Origin: a virus
IMG/VR virus record: IMGVR_UViG_3300009428_000006
Span: 11,238 to 75,237 of that record
Length of the DNA stretch: 64,000 bases
Strand: one strand, 5' to 3'
Below are positions 42,580-52,878 of this stretch, in pieces. Numbering within the stretch: position 1 is the first letter of the stretch; every line of letters starts with the position of its first letter. The notes under the pieces are model-generated. The model was not told where the DNA came from, did no database searches, and saw only the letters and a program-made list of their open reading frames with translations. Both the position numbers and the translations under genes were made by a program.

Positions 42580-42777
42580 TCACTTCTCCTCTGAAATAAG
42601 ATAATTGATATAACTTACACATTCCGACACACATCCTCCTTTGGAAGGATCCCCTACTGAATGCTTTAAGTCACCATCATGAAAAATATCACCGTAGAAG
42701 TTCTCACTCCCTTGAGACACTTCAATGACATATCCTTTATAAATTATAATATCATCTAACATTTCACTTCTCCTCAA
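42580..42777 (-). CDS. hypothetical protein
   Basis: ORF within the operon. Confidence 0.55.
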   Translation of the reverse strand: MRRSEMLDDIIIYKGYVIEVSQGSENFYGDIFHDGDLKHSVGDPSKGGCVSECVSYINYLISEEK

Positions 42778-43561
42778 TTTTCTTAAATAATTGACACATC
42801 ATATCATAACTCAAATCAGCTTTCACCGAGAAAGTATCTAAAGCTTCTGACATGATAACTGTAGTGCAAATAAGATTACTCAAATCAACCTTAGCCGTCT
42901 TATCTTTAATCCATAATGCACGTTCTCTTACATCTTCAGGAAGTGGTCGTTTAGTTACTTCACACTTCTTACGAGTAAGGGTACGTTTAAATTCTGAGAA
43001 TGTCAACTCCATGTTTACTTTTAAGTCTACAAGAAGTTGCTTACCAAACTTAGAATACATTTCAGCAAGATATACTTCCTCTAGCTTTTCCTGCAATTCT
43101 CTGTGAGCCTGAGCTGCTTTCATGTTCTCTTGGTGCAATGTATCACCTAAAGAAAGATACGGCTTCTGAGCCTCTCTGAGAGCCTCTGTGTTGGACAACA
43201 ATTTACCTATTCGAGCAATCACAGAACGGTAAGCAAGGTCTGCATCTTCAATGTTGTGACCTAACTGGAAATAGTTATTCTTGAGCATGTTCGCTGTGCT
43301 ATTGGTCCAAACGCAGTTACTGAGTGAATAACCTTTAGAGTCATCTAGACGCTCAATGGTGGGTCGGTTGTCCCACAGTTGCCCTTTCTTTGGTGCATCA
43401 TACTCAAACTGCTTATTAGAATAGAAACAGTTTACAGACTCTTTGAGCTTGTAGAATCGGTAATACTCTTCTAATGTGAAGTCGAAACTAATAGCTCGTG
43501 GGATACAAGAGGCTTTCTTGTTCTCATACTGATCCACGATATATTTAGGAATATCTGTCAT
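42764..43561 (-). CDS. HNH-like nuclease-domain protein
   Basis: RAISFDFTLEE..CFYS..TIERLDDSKGYSLSNCVW..ANMLK; a degenerate second copy lies C-terminally. Confidence 0.65.
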   Translation of the reverse strand: MTDIPKYIVDQYENKKASCIPRAISFDFTLEEYYRFYKLKESVNCFYSNKQFEYDAPKKGQLWDNRPTIERLDDSKGYSLSNCVWTNSTANMLKNNYFQLGHNIEDADLAYRSVIARIGKLLSNTEALREAQKPYLSLGDTLHQENMKAAQAHRELQEKLEEVYLAEMYSKFGKQLLVDLKVNMELTFSEFKRTLTRKKCEVTKRPLPEDVRERALWIKDKTAKVDLSNLICTTVIMSEALDTFSVKADLSYDMMCQLFKKIEEK

Positions 43562-43562
43562 A

Positions 43563-43913
43563 TCATTTAGCTCCTTTCATCTCTTTAGTCCAATCCACAA
43601 CACATACGTTGTACCATGCATTCTTAAATGATTTGATTGCGTCTTCTTGATCATTGTTGAAGAATGAAGACTCAACACGCTTTGTTCGAAAAGATGCTAA
43701 TAACATAGGACGAATGATAGGAGCTTTACGAAGAATATCTGTAACAGCTTCATGTCCCATGTCATTTGTCTTGTGACGTAAGATTGCGGCTCTCTCAGCG
43801 AAACGTGCTTCCATAATACATAGCTTGTGAATCTTTTCTTTAGTATCCTCTGAGATTGCTAAGGCATGTGTAGATGCTAAAAGTGCTGCTGTCAATATAA
43901 TTGATTTAATCAT
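43563..43913 (-). CDS. secreted hypothetical protein
   Basis: Sec signal peptide MIKSIILTAALLASTHALA. Confidence 0.7.
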   Translation of the reverse strand: MIKSIILTAALLASTHALAISEDTKEKIHKLCIMEARFAERAAILRHKTNDMGHEAVTDILRKAPIIRPMLLASFRTKRVESSFFNNDQEDAIKSFKNAWYNVCVVDWTKEMKGAK

Positions 43914-43924
43914 TGTTTAATCTC

Positions 43925-44395
43925 CTAGTTAGTTAATGATTCGATAGTATACACCTTTTGCAGAGATTGCAACACTTTTATTGAATTAATTAAATTATCA
44001 TAATCCTCAGGAGAATTGATTACATATTCTGAATCTTCCCAAAGGAAGACTACACCCTCTTTATGGATGCACAGAGAGCCGTCAACAGTTTTACAATCAT
44101 CAATAAGGTGTTGGTATGGCAATTGTGATTCAGACTGTTCTGGTAAGGCTGCGGAACTCTCAGAGGGAGATTCATTTGTAACCTCTTTGAAGAATTTGAA
44201 TTCATAAGGAGAGATAAGTCCTAGGTCTGAGATATTCTCGTTTATTAGCATACCATTATGATTGATCTCTCCAATGAAGAATTCACAACCTACATCCTCT
44301 AGGATTGAACTGTTACAGGCATGGCTACTGAGATAGCCTTCTTTGTCAATAAGTTTAAATGTACGTAGTTGTGAATCGTTGTTAGTTGTGGTCAT
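43925..44395 (-). CDS. hypothetical protein
   Basis: AGGAG RBS and its own promoter. Confidence 0.7.
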   Translation of the reverse strand: MTTTNNDSQLRTFKLIDKEGYLSSHACNSSILEDVGCEFFIGEINHNGMLINENISDLGLISPYEFKFFKEVTNESPSESSAALPEQSESQLPYQHLIDDCKTVDGSLCIHKEGVVFLWEDSEYVINSPEDYDNLINSIKVLQSLQKVYTIESLTN

Positions 44396-44442
44396 AGTTG
44401 TTCTCCTATCTAGTAGTGACAGTATTTCCTGCCGATATGAGA

Positions 44443-44471
44443 ATATTAATATAAGAAGATTATGGTGTCAA
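44443..44471 (-). promoter_or_regulatory. sigma70 promoter
   Basis: TTGACA-17 bp-TAATAT on the minus strand. Confidence 0.65.
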
Positions 44472-44589
44472 TAGTTAATTTGATAATTCACAGGATATTG
44501 TGAAAATAGTTGGAAATGGCAGATTATTGGAAAGTTTTCATAGTGGATTGTGAAAAGGCACAGAGGGGGGCTTGCTGTGCCTTGAAGTA

Positions 44590-45156
44590 TTAGTTAAAGA
44601 AGTTAAGTATTCTATTCAAGCCCTCAACTGTATTTGTATTGTACACAGGTATATCATTATCCAGTGCAAGCTTCATTGCTGTCCTAGTGCCACCCTTCAC
44701 CAGTGGATTTTGATTACTTTCAGGAACTCCCCAGAGAACTACAAAATCACTAGGGGAATTAAGATCCTTTCCTAAGATTTGATAAGGATTTCTACCATGC
44801 AACAATTTAGCTGCATCAGAACACTTGTCCGAAGCAGGGTGAAGGTTTTCTGCTAGAGCTAATCCATCTTCTCTATTATCAAAGTCCTCAACACAGAGTA
44901 TGCCATACCTATTCTTGTTCTTACCACTAAAACCCTGCCAAGGTATATATACCTCTTGCAAGTCCTCTACCAAAGTGCGAGGTGATCCAGCCTCTCTTAT
45001 GAACCTTTTAACACCCTCTTCAAGACAAGCATCTGCGCCTCTGGCTGCACCTGAGCGGCCTTTGAAACCTTTACTGGCAGCTTTGTATGCAAATTCAATA
45101 AGAACCTTCTGGGCGCTCACTGGAGTGCTTCTGCTACCTATCATTGTATAGATCAT
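44590..45156 (-). CDS. SLOG / DprA-like Rossmann-fold protein
   Basis: IGSRSTP..RSGAARGAD..RNPYQILG..GGTRTA. Confidence 0.8.
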   Translation of the reverse strand: MIYTMIGSRSTPVSAQKVLIEFAYKAASKGFKGRSGAARGADACLEEGVKRFIREAGSPRTLVEDLQEVYIPWQGFSGKNKNRYGILCVEDFDNREDGLALAENLHPASDKCSDAAKLLHGRNPYQILGKDLNSPSDFVVLWGVPESNQNPLVKGGTRTAMKLALDNDIPVYNTNTVEGLNRILNFFN

Positions 45157-45157
45157 G

Positions 45158-45991
45158 CTAAGCTCTCCCGTGATTAATATGGAAACCATATAATCTTTCT
45201 GCATCTTTCCTCGCGGAAACAGCTTCTTCTATTGTACAAAACTCACCTAAGTGTATGCTCTTATAGTCTACCGTGATAGTTGCTCTGAACTTCTCACCTG
45301 ATCTGCACACACCTATGTATCCTGTTTTATTATTCTTAGATACTCTTGTGTTTCTATTGTTCTCAGTTGAAGTAGCTATTCTCAGGTTAACTCTTCTATT
45401 GTCCAATGGATCACCATTTATATGATCAACTATTTCACCTTCTTTAGGTGAGAGAATCAATCTATGTAACAAAGACATCTTTCCTCCACCTGTCCTGCTT
45501 GCAACATATCCCATATTGGTCTTGTGCCAGAAAAATGGAAACACGTATTTGTAATAATCAGTCTTGTCTACTTTGATTTCAAAATAGTTTTCTTCTGAGG
45601 AATTAAATATCTTAATAACAAGGTGTTCTCCAGACCCTTCTGAGATTTCTCTTACCTGACATCCGCAGACATTCTTTCCTTGGGAAATATCTGTAGCCTT
45701 CAGTTCTAAGAAAGATCCGCAATTCTTACAAACACAGTCATAGTATCTTTTACTTTTATAACTGTAGAGATATTTACCTACAATGACCCTCTCTTGCTCT
45801 GTGTTCGCTATGTTTGTATAGCAATAGCAACTTCCTTTATATCTATTCACTTCTGCCGAGATCATAGTCTTTTCTTTCTCTCTTCCGCAAGGACATAATA
45901 CATTCCAAGCAATTTTGCCTTTCCTGTTTTCTGCCCTACTTATAACCATTAACCCGTTTACTTCTTTCCCTGTTAAGTCTTCACACTGCAT
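45158..45991 (-). CDS. HNH-AP2 homing endonuclease
   Basis: LHRLIL..VDHINGDPLDNRRVNLR plus AP2 domain TGYIGV..HLGEF..ARKDAE..G. Confidence 0.92.
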   Translation of the reverse strand: MQCEDLTGKEVNGLMVISRAENRKGKIAWNVLCPCGREKEKTMISAEVNRYKGSCYCYTNIANTEQERVIVGKYLYSYKSKRYYDCVCKNCGSFLELKATDISQGKNVCGCQVREISEGSGEHLVIKIFNSSEENYFEIKVDKTDYYKYVFPFFWHKTNMGYVASRTGGGKMSLLHRLILSPKEGEIVDHINGDPLDNRRVNLRIATSTENNRNTRVSKNNKTGYIGVCRSGEKFRATITVDYKSIHLGEFCTIEEAVSARKDAERLYGFHINHGRA

Positions 45992-46052
45992 ACTTCCTCT
46001 CCTCTTGAATAAAGGCCCTAGTCATGAAGAGCAGGGTCTTGGAATATTGAAC

Positions 46053-47114
46053 TTATTTCTTATAATACCTACTTTTGAGATAGGCAAGATCTACAAACAT
46101 AGGATTGAAGCTGCCATTCTTCACATTGTGTTGGACAACAATTCCTCTCCAGTGATGGTTGCCCTGATAGCCTTTATACCCCTCATCATGCTCATAGTAT
46201 GCACCTGCAATTATTGCCCACTGCTGAGTCCCTGATGCGGGAAGAAATCTTGTTGCCACATCCAGTGTTTGCTTGTGTCCCATGCAGAAACTCTCTCCTA
46301 CATTTTTAAGCACATTCATAGCCATACCACCATACGGCTTCCCTGACATAGGGTTTGCCATAAAGTGGCAATAACTCACACCGTTAACAACTACAGGCTT
46401 CAAGAAGTCGTATACTTCCCACCCCATGTCTTTGTATCTTAAGTTGTCATAGCTAAGAAACCCTTCTAGCTCTGGATTATCATTAACATGACGCATAATC
46501 CGTTCTTCGTGATTTCCTAGTGTTATCAGCATCTTAGGCTTATATTGTACTTTGCCCGTTTCCTCTCGCTGCTTATCTTGTAACTCCTTCAAAGGACGTA
46601 AAAGACGGTTCATGCCTTCTATAGATGCCTCTATATCCTTTTGTACACGTTTGCCCTCTGCTTTGCCTTTACCTTTGTCATAGGAAGATAGACTAGGCAT
46701 GTCTGCATGATCACCTATATGGATGATGACTTCTGGACGCTTGTCTATAATATAATCACCTAACCATTCAAGATATGACATATCTATATCAGGTTTACAC
46801 TGAGTATCTGGTATCATAAGATGAGTGACATCCTCTCCTACCTCTGTGACAGTTTCTATATTGTACACATCCTTTTTAATATCAAATATATTTTTTAAGG
46901 TAGATTTGACAACCACAGACTTAGTAACCTTTACCACACACCCTTCTTCCTCACCCAAGTCAATAATACCCTTGCGAATATAATATCGAATAGTACTCTC
47001 CCGACTCTCCTTACCAAGCACCTCACGAGCAGCACCACGAACTGTGCCACCATTACGTAAGTGTTCTTCAATCTTAACAATCTGCTCTTCAGTTAATTTA
47101 ATCTTCTTGCTCAA
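46053..47114 (-). CDS. calcineurin-like metallophosphoesterase with N-terminal HTH
   Basis: PDTQ, GDHAD, GNHE and GHKQ motifs. Confidence 0.85.
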   Translation of the reverse strand: MSKKIKLTEEQIVKIEEHLRNGGTVRGAAREVLGKESRESTIRYYIRKGIIDLGEEEGCVVKVTKSVVVKSTLKNIFDIKKDVYNIETVTEVGEDVTHLMIPDTQCKPDIDMSYLEWLGDYIIDKRPEVIIHIGDHADMPSLSSYDKGKGKAEGKRVQKDIEASIEGMNRLLRPLKELQDKQREETGKVQYKPKMLITLGNHEERIMRHVNDNPELEGFLSYDNLRYKDMGWEVYDFLKPVVVNGVSYCHFMANPMSGKPYGGMAMNVLKNVGESFCMGHKQTLDVATRFLPASGTQQWAIIAGAYYEHDEGYKGYQGNHHWRGIVVQHNVKNGSFNPMFVDLAYLKSRYYKK

Positions 47115-47134
47115 AATGTTCTCCTTAGTTGTTA

Positions 47135-47539
47135 TTATTTTACTTTTATAAACCGATCTTTTACCTGAGCCTTGGAATAAATGTTTCCACCAATAATGAA
47201 GTCATATTCATTAAAAGCGTACTTTATCACTTTATATTCCTTTTTAGAAGCATCAAGTTTATTAATAACAATATCACCAACACTGATACCACCTTCAAAC
47301 TTTTTGATCTTCTCATCCAACTCATCACGCTGCTCCTTAAGTAAATCTAGTTCAGACTTTAATTTGCGGTAGCAATACTCATCATAGAAATATAGAACCC
47401 CTGTTTTTACCATCTCAGTATTATGCCAAGATGTGTTAGAAAATATCTCAACCTCACCACCATCCAGCACATGTTCAACTAGTTCTACTTGTTCAGCACG
47501 AGACAGTTCACCAAACTTCTTATATTCTTCACTCATCAA
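47135..47539 (-). CDS. hypothetical protein
   Basis: ORF within the operon. Confidence 0.65.
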   Translation of the reverse strand: MMSEEYKKFGELSRAEQVELVEHVLDGGEVEIFSNTSWHNTEMVKTGVLYFYDEYCYRKLKSELDLLKEQRDELDEKIKKFEGGISVGDIVINKLDASKKEYKVIKYAFNEYDFIIGGNIYSKAQVKDRFIKVK

Positions 47540-47739
47540 TCTTCTCCTTTTCCGTTACCTTCTTTGACTAACTCATACAGTTTACATTCTAATTCTATGT
47601 GTGACATCAGTAATGCGTGCAGAAAGCCATTACCTGTCTCATTCTTCCAAAGTTCTCCATGTCTAAATATCTCTATATTTCCATTATCATAAAGTACTTC
47701 ATATTTACCATTTTCTAGTGGCAGTGTAAACTTCATCAA
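47536..47739 (-). CDS. hypothetical protein
   Basis: GGAGG RBS. Confidence 0.6.
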   Translation of the reverse strand: MMKFTLPLENGKYEVLYDNGNIEIFRHGELWKNETGNGFLHALLMSHIELECKLYELVKEGNGKGED

Positions 47740-47823
47740 TCTTCCTCCTCCTCATTAAAAGATAATAGAAATATTAGTAGCCATATGACTAATGTAAAGT
47801 ATACAGCACTCATTGTATTTCTC

Positions 47824-48054
47824 CTACTTATTAAATATAAATTTATCAGTTCTGCCCTTGTCTAATACATATTCAAGCAGTCCTTCTTCTAAGTTGTGAC
47901 CATTAAAGCATACTCCTTTTACGAGTGCAAGTCTTTTCTCAAAATCAGGATCAACCTTCTTGGGCTTAGGCTTGCAATCATGATCAGCTAGGTGATACTT
48001 TCCATTAGTTTTCTCCCACTTTACAAAGTCTCCACATTCACGACAGTTTGGCAT
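47824..48054 (-). CDS. small Zn-finger-like protein
   Basis: CRECG...HDC; AGGAG RBS. Confidence 0.6.
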   Translation of the reverse strand: MPNCRECGDFVKWEKTNGKYHLADHDCKPKPKKVDPDFEKRLALVKGVCFNGHNLEEGLLEYVLDKGRTDKFIFNK

Positions 48055-48200
48055 AAAACAATCTCCTAAGTTTTGTTACGCACTCTTCACAGACTACCTG
48101 TAGTGAGCACACAGCAACGATAATGAAAAAGATGACACATAGTACCAGTGCAGCTAGAAAGAAGCTTACAGTTGCACACAGGGCTTTTAAAGGGTGCATA

Positions 48201-48428
48201 TCACACCGCCTCCCAATCATATATATTCTTAATCTTCTTAGCCACAAAGCTTCCCATTGAATCAGCACCTTTCAATTCATCAATTACATCTACTGGTACA
48301 CTTGCATAGCAATACACTTTATCATTATATTTAAACTCAATCATCAATTCTTCCATTTCATGATTATACATGATGGTTTTAATATTGCTAGAGTTTGCTG
48401 TGATGTGTTCAATATTTGGATTAGTCAT
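48201..48428 (-). CDS. KTSC domain protein
   Basis: SSNIKTIMYN..LMIEF..VYCYASVP..ADSMGSF..IK. Confidence 0.85.
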   Translation of the reverse strand: MTNPNIEHITANSSNIKTIMYNHEMEELMIEFKYNDKVYCYASVPVDVIDELKGADSMGSFVAKKIKNIYDWEAV

Positions 48429-48867
48429 TTAGTGAGCCCTCTTTTGTACGAATAAGATAGAGTTCGTCTTCTCCATATACACTTCTGAATCTTCCATAGT
48501 CATACCATATGCCATCCAGCTCTACAAACAGTGTTTCACTATACATATGATCTTCTAAATTAGTCACCAGATAAGCACCTCTTGTGAATTCCTCATCAGT
48601 AGAGTTAACTATTTCTACCTTATCACCTTCTTTCATTTTAAGCTGCTTCCAGTTCTCTTTCGTGATACGCTCTCTTGCCTCCACAGCAGGACTGTAATCA
48701 ACTTTCTTCAACTTAGGCTGTGATAGCTTAGGTATTGTGGTTAAACGTGACAGAGCTACTGTGTGAGCCTCTAAAATAGATTCTGCATGATGTAATTGCT
48801 TCTTCAGTTTTGCAACTACTTCTTTATCCTGCTCAATTGTTTCTAATAAGTTGTATACTTGTTTCAT
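48421..48867 (-). CDS. hypothetical protein
   Basis: AGGAG RBS. Confidence 0.7.
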   Translation of the reverse strand: MKQVYNLLETIEQDKEVVAKLKKQLHHAESILEAHTVALSRLTTIPKLSQPKLKKVDYSPAVEARERITKENWKQLKMKEGDKVEIVNSTDEEFTRGAYLVTNLEDHMYSETLFVELDGIWYDYGRFRSVYGEDELYLIRTKEGSLND

Positions 48868-48870
48868 AGT

Positions 48871-49113
48871 TTATTCTCCTAATTTAGCAACCACTTGTTG
48901 AGCTTTTTCTGGTGTCAGTTTAAATGTAATCCCATTACTAATACATAGTCCTAGAAATTCATCTGCCTTCATCTGATCTAGTCTTGTTAGAATAGTTTTC
49001 TCACATCCTCCAACCATTGCCAGTAGTCCTGCTAGATTAGCTATTTCCCATTCAGCTTTTGAAGTCTCCTCTGAAGGATATCTCTTTTCAATTATTGACA
49101 TAATACTTAACAT
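48871..49113 (-). CDS. hypothetical protein
   Basis: AGGAG RBS. Confidence 0.65.
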   Translation of the reverse strand: MLSIMSIIEKRYPSEETSKAEWEIANLAGLLAMVGGCEKTILTRLDQMKADEFLGLCISNGITFKLTPEKAQQVVAKLGE

Positions 49114-49115
49114 AC

Positions 49116-49643
49116 TTATTCTCCTAATTTATAACACTGATTTAATCTCTTTTCAGATAGATACTCGATCAATACATCTCGGCCTATCACGTAGCCTTCT
49201 TTAGTTGTCTTCAACTTAGTACGGTAATGATCGTTGTTCAACCCTCTCCAGTACAAGCACATATCATACATCTGACCTGTCACCTTTGTCAATGTATCTT
49301 TGATAAAGATGTAAGTAGTGATATCTTTATTAACACGTTCATACTTAATTTTAAGGTGACGGCTTAAAGAGATAGGCTTAGTTGTTGCACCTAACAAGCT
49401 CTGATCAAACCCAGACTTATTTGTACACCACCTGTAACCTTGCATGTTATCTGGAACAATTGTACAATCTTTTAAATCAAATGAACCTATATTAGTAAAG
49501 TAATAGCCTCTTTTAATATCCTTGGGAGTTAACACATGGTAAGAGTTTTGCAATACACGCGGCCTATTGGCTCGATTTTGATACTTGGAAAGAAGTACAT
49601 CCTCTTTCAATTTTACTATTTGTCCTACTAGGAAATTGTTCAT
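49116..49643 (-). CDS. hypothetical protein
   Basis: AAGGAG RBS. Confidence 0.7.
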   Translation of the reverse strand: MNNFLVGQIVKLKEDVLLSKYQNRANRPRVLQNSYHVLTPKDIKRGYYFTNIGSFDLKDCTIVPDNMQGYRWCTNKSGFDQSLLGATTKPISLSRHLKIKYERVNKDITTYIFIKDTLTKVTGQMYDMCLYWRGLNNDHYRTKLKTTKEGYVIGRDVLIEYLSEKRLNQCYKLGE

Positions 49644-49822
49644 AGTTTTCTCCTTAACTTAATTCAATACGCTCTAACAGGTCTTCATATTTCTCAACCA
49701 TATCTGGATTGCAATTCTCTTCTTTCAGTTTTTTAATGAAGTACTCAAGTGCTGCCTCTATTTTAAACTTTTCATAGTAATCAAACTCCATAATACTCTC
49801 CTCAATAATTAATTTCACATCC

Positions 49823-49851
49823 AATATAATTTAATTGTGATTTTCTGTCAA
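49823..49851 (-). promoter_or_regulatory. sigma70 promoter heading the leftward operon
   Basis: TTGACA-17 bp-TATATT on the minus strand. Confidence 0.75.
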
Positions 49852-49888
49852 CAACAAAATCACCTAATCTGGATCTGCCCACAAATCA

Positions 49889-49957
49889 CACCCTAGGGTA
49901 CATAAAAATTTGCCAGAGCGATCTTAGTAAAACTCAAAATCTCAATTCATTTTCAGT
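49889..49957 (+). repeat. conserved leader element, copy 1
   Basis: CACCCTAG..AAAAAT..CCAGAGC.ATCT.TAGTAAAACT-N7-TCAA-N4-TTTTCA, shared with 59572-59636. Confidence 0.8.
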
Positions 49958-49984
49958 TTCCAGAATCAGTAAAATTCTGACTTA

Positions 49985-50402
49985 AATGAGAATCATTCTC
50001 ATTACGCTGGAATGCTAATGCGATTAGCTATCATTTAGATTTAACTTTGTAAACGAGAATAGTTTAGCTTTGTAAATGAGAATTAATCTTGTTTACTGGC
50101 GATCGCCCACCCTTCATTCCTCCTGAAAATGATTAAATCATTTGGACGTTAAAGGGAAGCGCTGCCCGTGTGGTTTGGGAGACTTTCAGCTTTAAGCTGA
50201 TATAACCAAGTATATAGATCTTGTCGAATAGTGCAAGCGGTTTATACAATTTATTTGTAATTAATTTAAATCAAATATAACAAGCTGTAAGCGGCTGTAA
50301 CGGGCCTTAGTTAGATAGATAGGTCATTGCATTAGATTATTATTAAAAGGCTCAGGATCGGTTACAGGACGCTTGATTAGGTTATTGATAATCATTTACA
50401 TT
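49985..50402. promoter_or_regulatory. Fur-box-like array 1
   Basis: Perfect palindrome AATGAGAATCATTCTCATT at 49985-50003; further matches at 50017, 50052 (half), 50075 and 50384. Confidence 0.72.
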
Positions 50403-50896
50403 AACAGAATATCGCCCACTCTCTATTGATTCCAAGAGCTTTAAACTTAAGTTTGCGTTATCTGCCGAGCCGCCTTCTAACCTGTTATCTGTTACGAACT
50501 ATAAGCCCTTACACTTTAAATTGCAAGGGCTTTTGTTGATTAATTTAATATTGACCTGTAGGTAAATAATCACTATTAACCAACCTTGTTAAAACTGCCT
50601 CTGCATTAGGTAAAACTTTAATACCTTCTACACCAATCGATTCTAAAAGCTTTACATCATTATAACCCGCTACAGGTGATGCATACTTAAAACTACTTTT
50701 CATAATAAACATAATCTTTACCCTTTTAAATAATATTCTCTGTTTGTGTACCGCTATTATATAAACAAACGTTTTACCCTGTCAACAAAGATCACCAATA
50801 TTATTAAAAATAATTCTTTAATAAAATTGTTTTCAATAGTTTAAAAATAGTGTACCTTTATACGTATTGAAACAACTTAAACAAAGGCTTTATATT

Positions 50897-51121
50897 ATGA
50901 AACAGATTAATCCAACTTATGATCAGGTGTCTTATATTATAGACAGGTTTAACCTCGCACAATGCTACAACGGTGCAAACAGTGAACATTACCAAAACTA
51001 TGATCACTGTTACTTTTACACCTGTTCACGTTCGCCACAGGGCCACATGGTTACGCATGTATGTGATAATTTAGCAAATGTTATCAAACAGGATAAATTA
51101 ATTTCACATTTAATTAAATAA
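50897..51121 (+). CDS. early hypothetical protein
   Basis: AAGG RBS before ATG 50897. Confidence 0.6.
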   Translation: MKQINPTYDQVSYIIDRFNLAQCYNGANSEHYQNYDHCYFYTCSRSPQGHMVTHVCDNLANVIKQDKLISHLIK

Positions 51122-51415
51122 AAGCTTGCGTTTAAATTATAACACTGTATATTAGTATTCATCGGCTCACAGGGAGCCACTATTTAAAGGGGTTTTATTA
51201 TGAAAAAGATAGACAACGTTTGGCATATATGCCGTGATGGTTGGGTTTTTGAAGTTGCAACACAATCAGAAATAGTTGAACATGTGTTTAACGGGTTAAC
51301 TTTACAAGAGTTTGAAAAGAGTTTTAAATAAACACTTGCAATTATAATCTACTTGGATTAAAATTTAATAACTGGCTGGCAACGGGTTAGCCACTTTTAA
51401 GAATAAGGTTTTATT

Positions 51416-51676
51416 ATGCAAACTTTCGAAGATGTTAACGGCGTTGTGGTTGGTGGTTTTTCTTGTAAAGTCTGCTTGATTGATCCTAACGGGAGTATAG
51501 TTAACTATAAAATAGTACCTGACAGTGCAGACTTTAAGTCTATAGCCGATGATATGAAATTTAAAATTTTATCAGAAAAGCTCGGTAATGGCCAGCTACT
51601 GAGGGATCGCCCTGACTTAATCAGATCTTTACACGGGACAGGTAACTGGGAATTAAAGATTATATCTTTAAAATAA
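51416..51676 (+). CDS. early hypothetical protein
   Basis: Own promoter, leader hairpin and RBS. Confidence 0.65.
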   Translation: MQTFEDVNGVVVGGFSCKVCLIDPNGSIVNYKIVPDSADFKSIADDMKFKILSEKLGNGQLLRDRPDLIRSLHGTGNWELKIISLK

Positions 51677-51691
51677 ACACCAAAAAAGCGG

Positions 51692-51721
51692 TTGACAGCT
51701 CCCAACGTTAACCGCTACAAT
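51692..51721 (+). promoter_or_regulatory. early sigma70 promoter, duplicated at 54177-54206
   Basis: TTGACAGCTCCCAACGTTA(A/G)CCGCTACA(A/C)T occurs twice. Confidence 0.75.
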
Positions 51722-51763
51722 TAACACTCAATCAAAAATTATATTATTAAAAGGTATTACATT

Positions 51764-52030
51764 ATGAATACATTAAAATTCTCTACCCGCCAACAGATGC
51801 GAACTTTTGTTAAACGTGTTAACCTATGCACAGGTAAAAAGCTTTTCAAGTCTACAAGCGGGAAAGATGGTTGCGGATCTTGGTTAGCTCACAAGGTTAT
51901 TAAAACAAACACATTGCAAGCTCCTTCAAAACCTGCTAAAGTTCAATCACTAGCTTTTAATGTTCACGGCTCGGCTATAGTAGTGACTCACAAGCGTTCT
52001 ATAGCGGCTAGAGTGGCAGTAATCGCTTAA
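51764..52030 (+). CDS. early basic hypothetical protein
   Basis: Promoter and RBS. Confidence 0.65.
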   Translation: MNTLKFSTRQQMRTFVKRVNLCTGKKLFKSTSGKDGCGSWLAHKVIKTNTLQAPSKPAKVQSLAFNVHGSAIVVTHKRSIAARVAVIA

Positions 52031-52279
52031 CTAATACAATGACAGCCTTGTGACGTTTAAACAGCTCACAGGGCTACACAATAACGATTTAAAAGGATGG
52101 ATTGAAATGGGTAGAGTATCACCAATGAAACGAACAAAAAACACAGCTAAAACGGTACGAATTGATCGCAAACGTACACGCAAGGGCCAAGATCTAGCAA
52201 TGCAAGCAGATAGGGCGAATAAACGGGCAGATCAATTTGTAGAGTTTGAAAAAGAAAACGATTAATTCAAAATAAAGTG

Positions 52280-52308
52280 TTGACAGCGTAAACTGTATAA
52301 AGTAGAAT
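52280..52308 (+). promoter_or_regulatory. early sigma70 promoter
   Basis: TTGACA-17 bp-TAGAAT with AT-rich UP element. Confidence 0.8.
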
Positions 52309-52366
52309 TACCTTATTGAAACAAAACGCCACTAACGGCAAATTACATTTTAAAAGAGATATTATT

Positions 52367-52765
52367 ATGACTACATTATCAGAAATTCGCAAAACTATCA
52401 TCATTAACAATGATCACCTAATTAACGCCAAGGCTGCAATCAAATCTATGACTAATGATCCTCTGTCACACTTCGAAGATGTTATTACAAGTGATTATGA
52501 GGCAATGCTAAATGGACATTACGAGGATCATCTAGACGATATAGAATTTCTATGTGGTGAATTTCTATGTGGTGAATATGCATCGGACTTAATGCAAAAG
52601 CATGATCCTGTTATGTTTCGTTGCGGTTTAAATGATTTTGCTGATAGTTTTGATATTATGAATTTAGACGAATATATTGATCTAGAATCTGAGGTCGAAG
52701 AGTTAGAAAAAGAAATAGCTGGACTTACGGAAGAGTTAGAAGAGTTAGAGAATAACTTAAATTAA
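52367..52765 (+). CDS. acidic early protein (possible DNA mimic)
   Basis: Very D/E-rich; DPVMFRCGLNDFADS; contains a 15-bp tandem duplication. Confidence 0.65.
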   Translation: MTTLSEIRKTIIINNDHLINAKAAIKSMTNDPLSHFEDVITSDYEAMLNGHYEDHLDDIEFLCGEFLCGEYASDLMQKHDPVMFRCGLNDFADSFDIMNLDEYIDLESEVEELEKEIAGLTEELEELENNLN

Positions 52766-52878
52766 AGCTTGCTTTGTTGGTGTGTTTAGTTATATACTGA
52801 GCACATCTTAACAAGGCCGCTAAAGCGGTTTTTATTATTAACAGGCAATTATGCCACCATTTAAAAAGAGTGAATATT

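Noticed and set aside
44436-44490. Third Fur array
   Set aside because: Only isolated half-sites (ATGAGAAT, TGATAAT), as expected by chance in AT-rich DNA.
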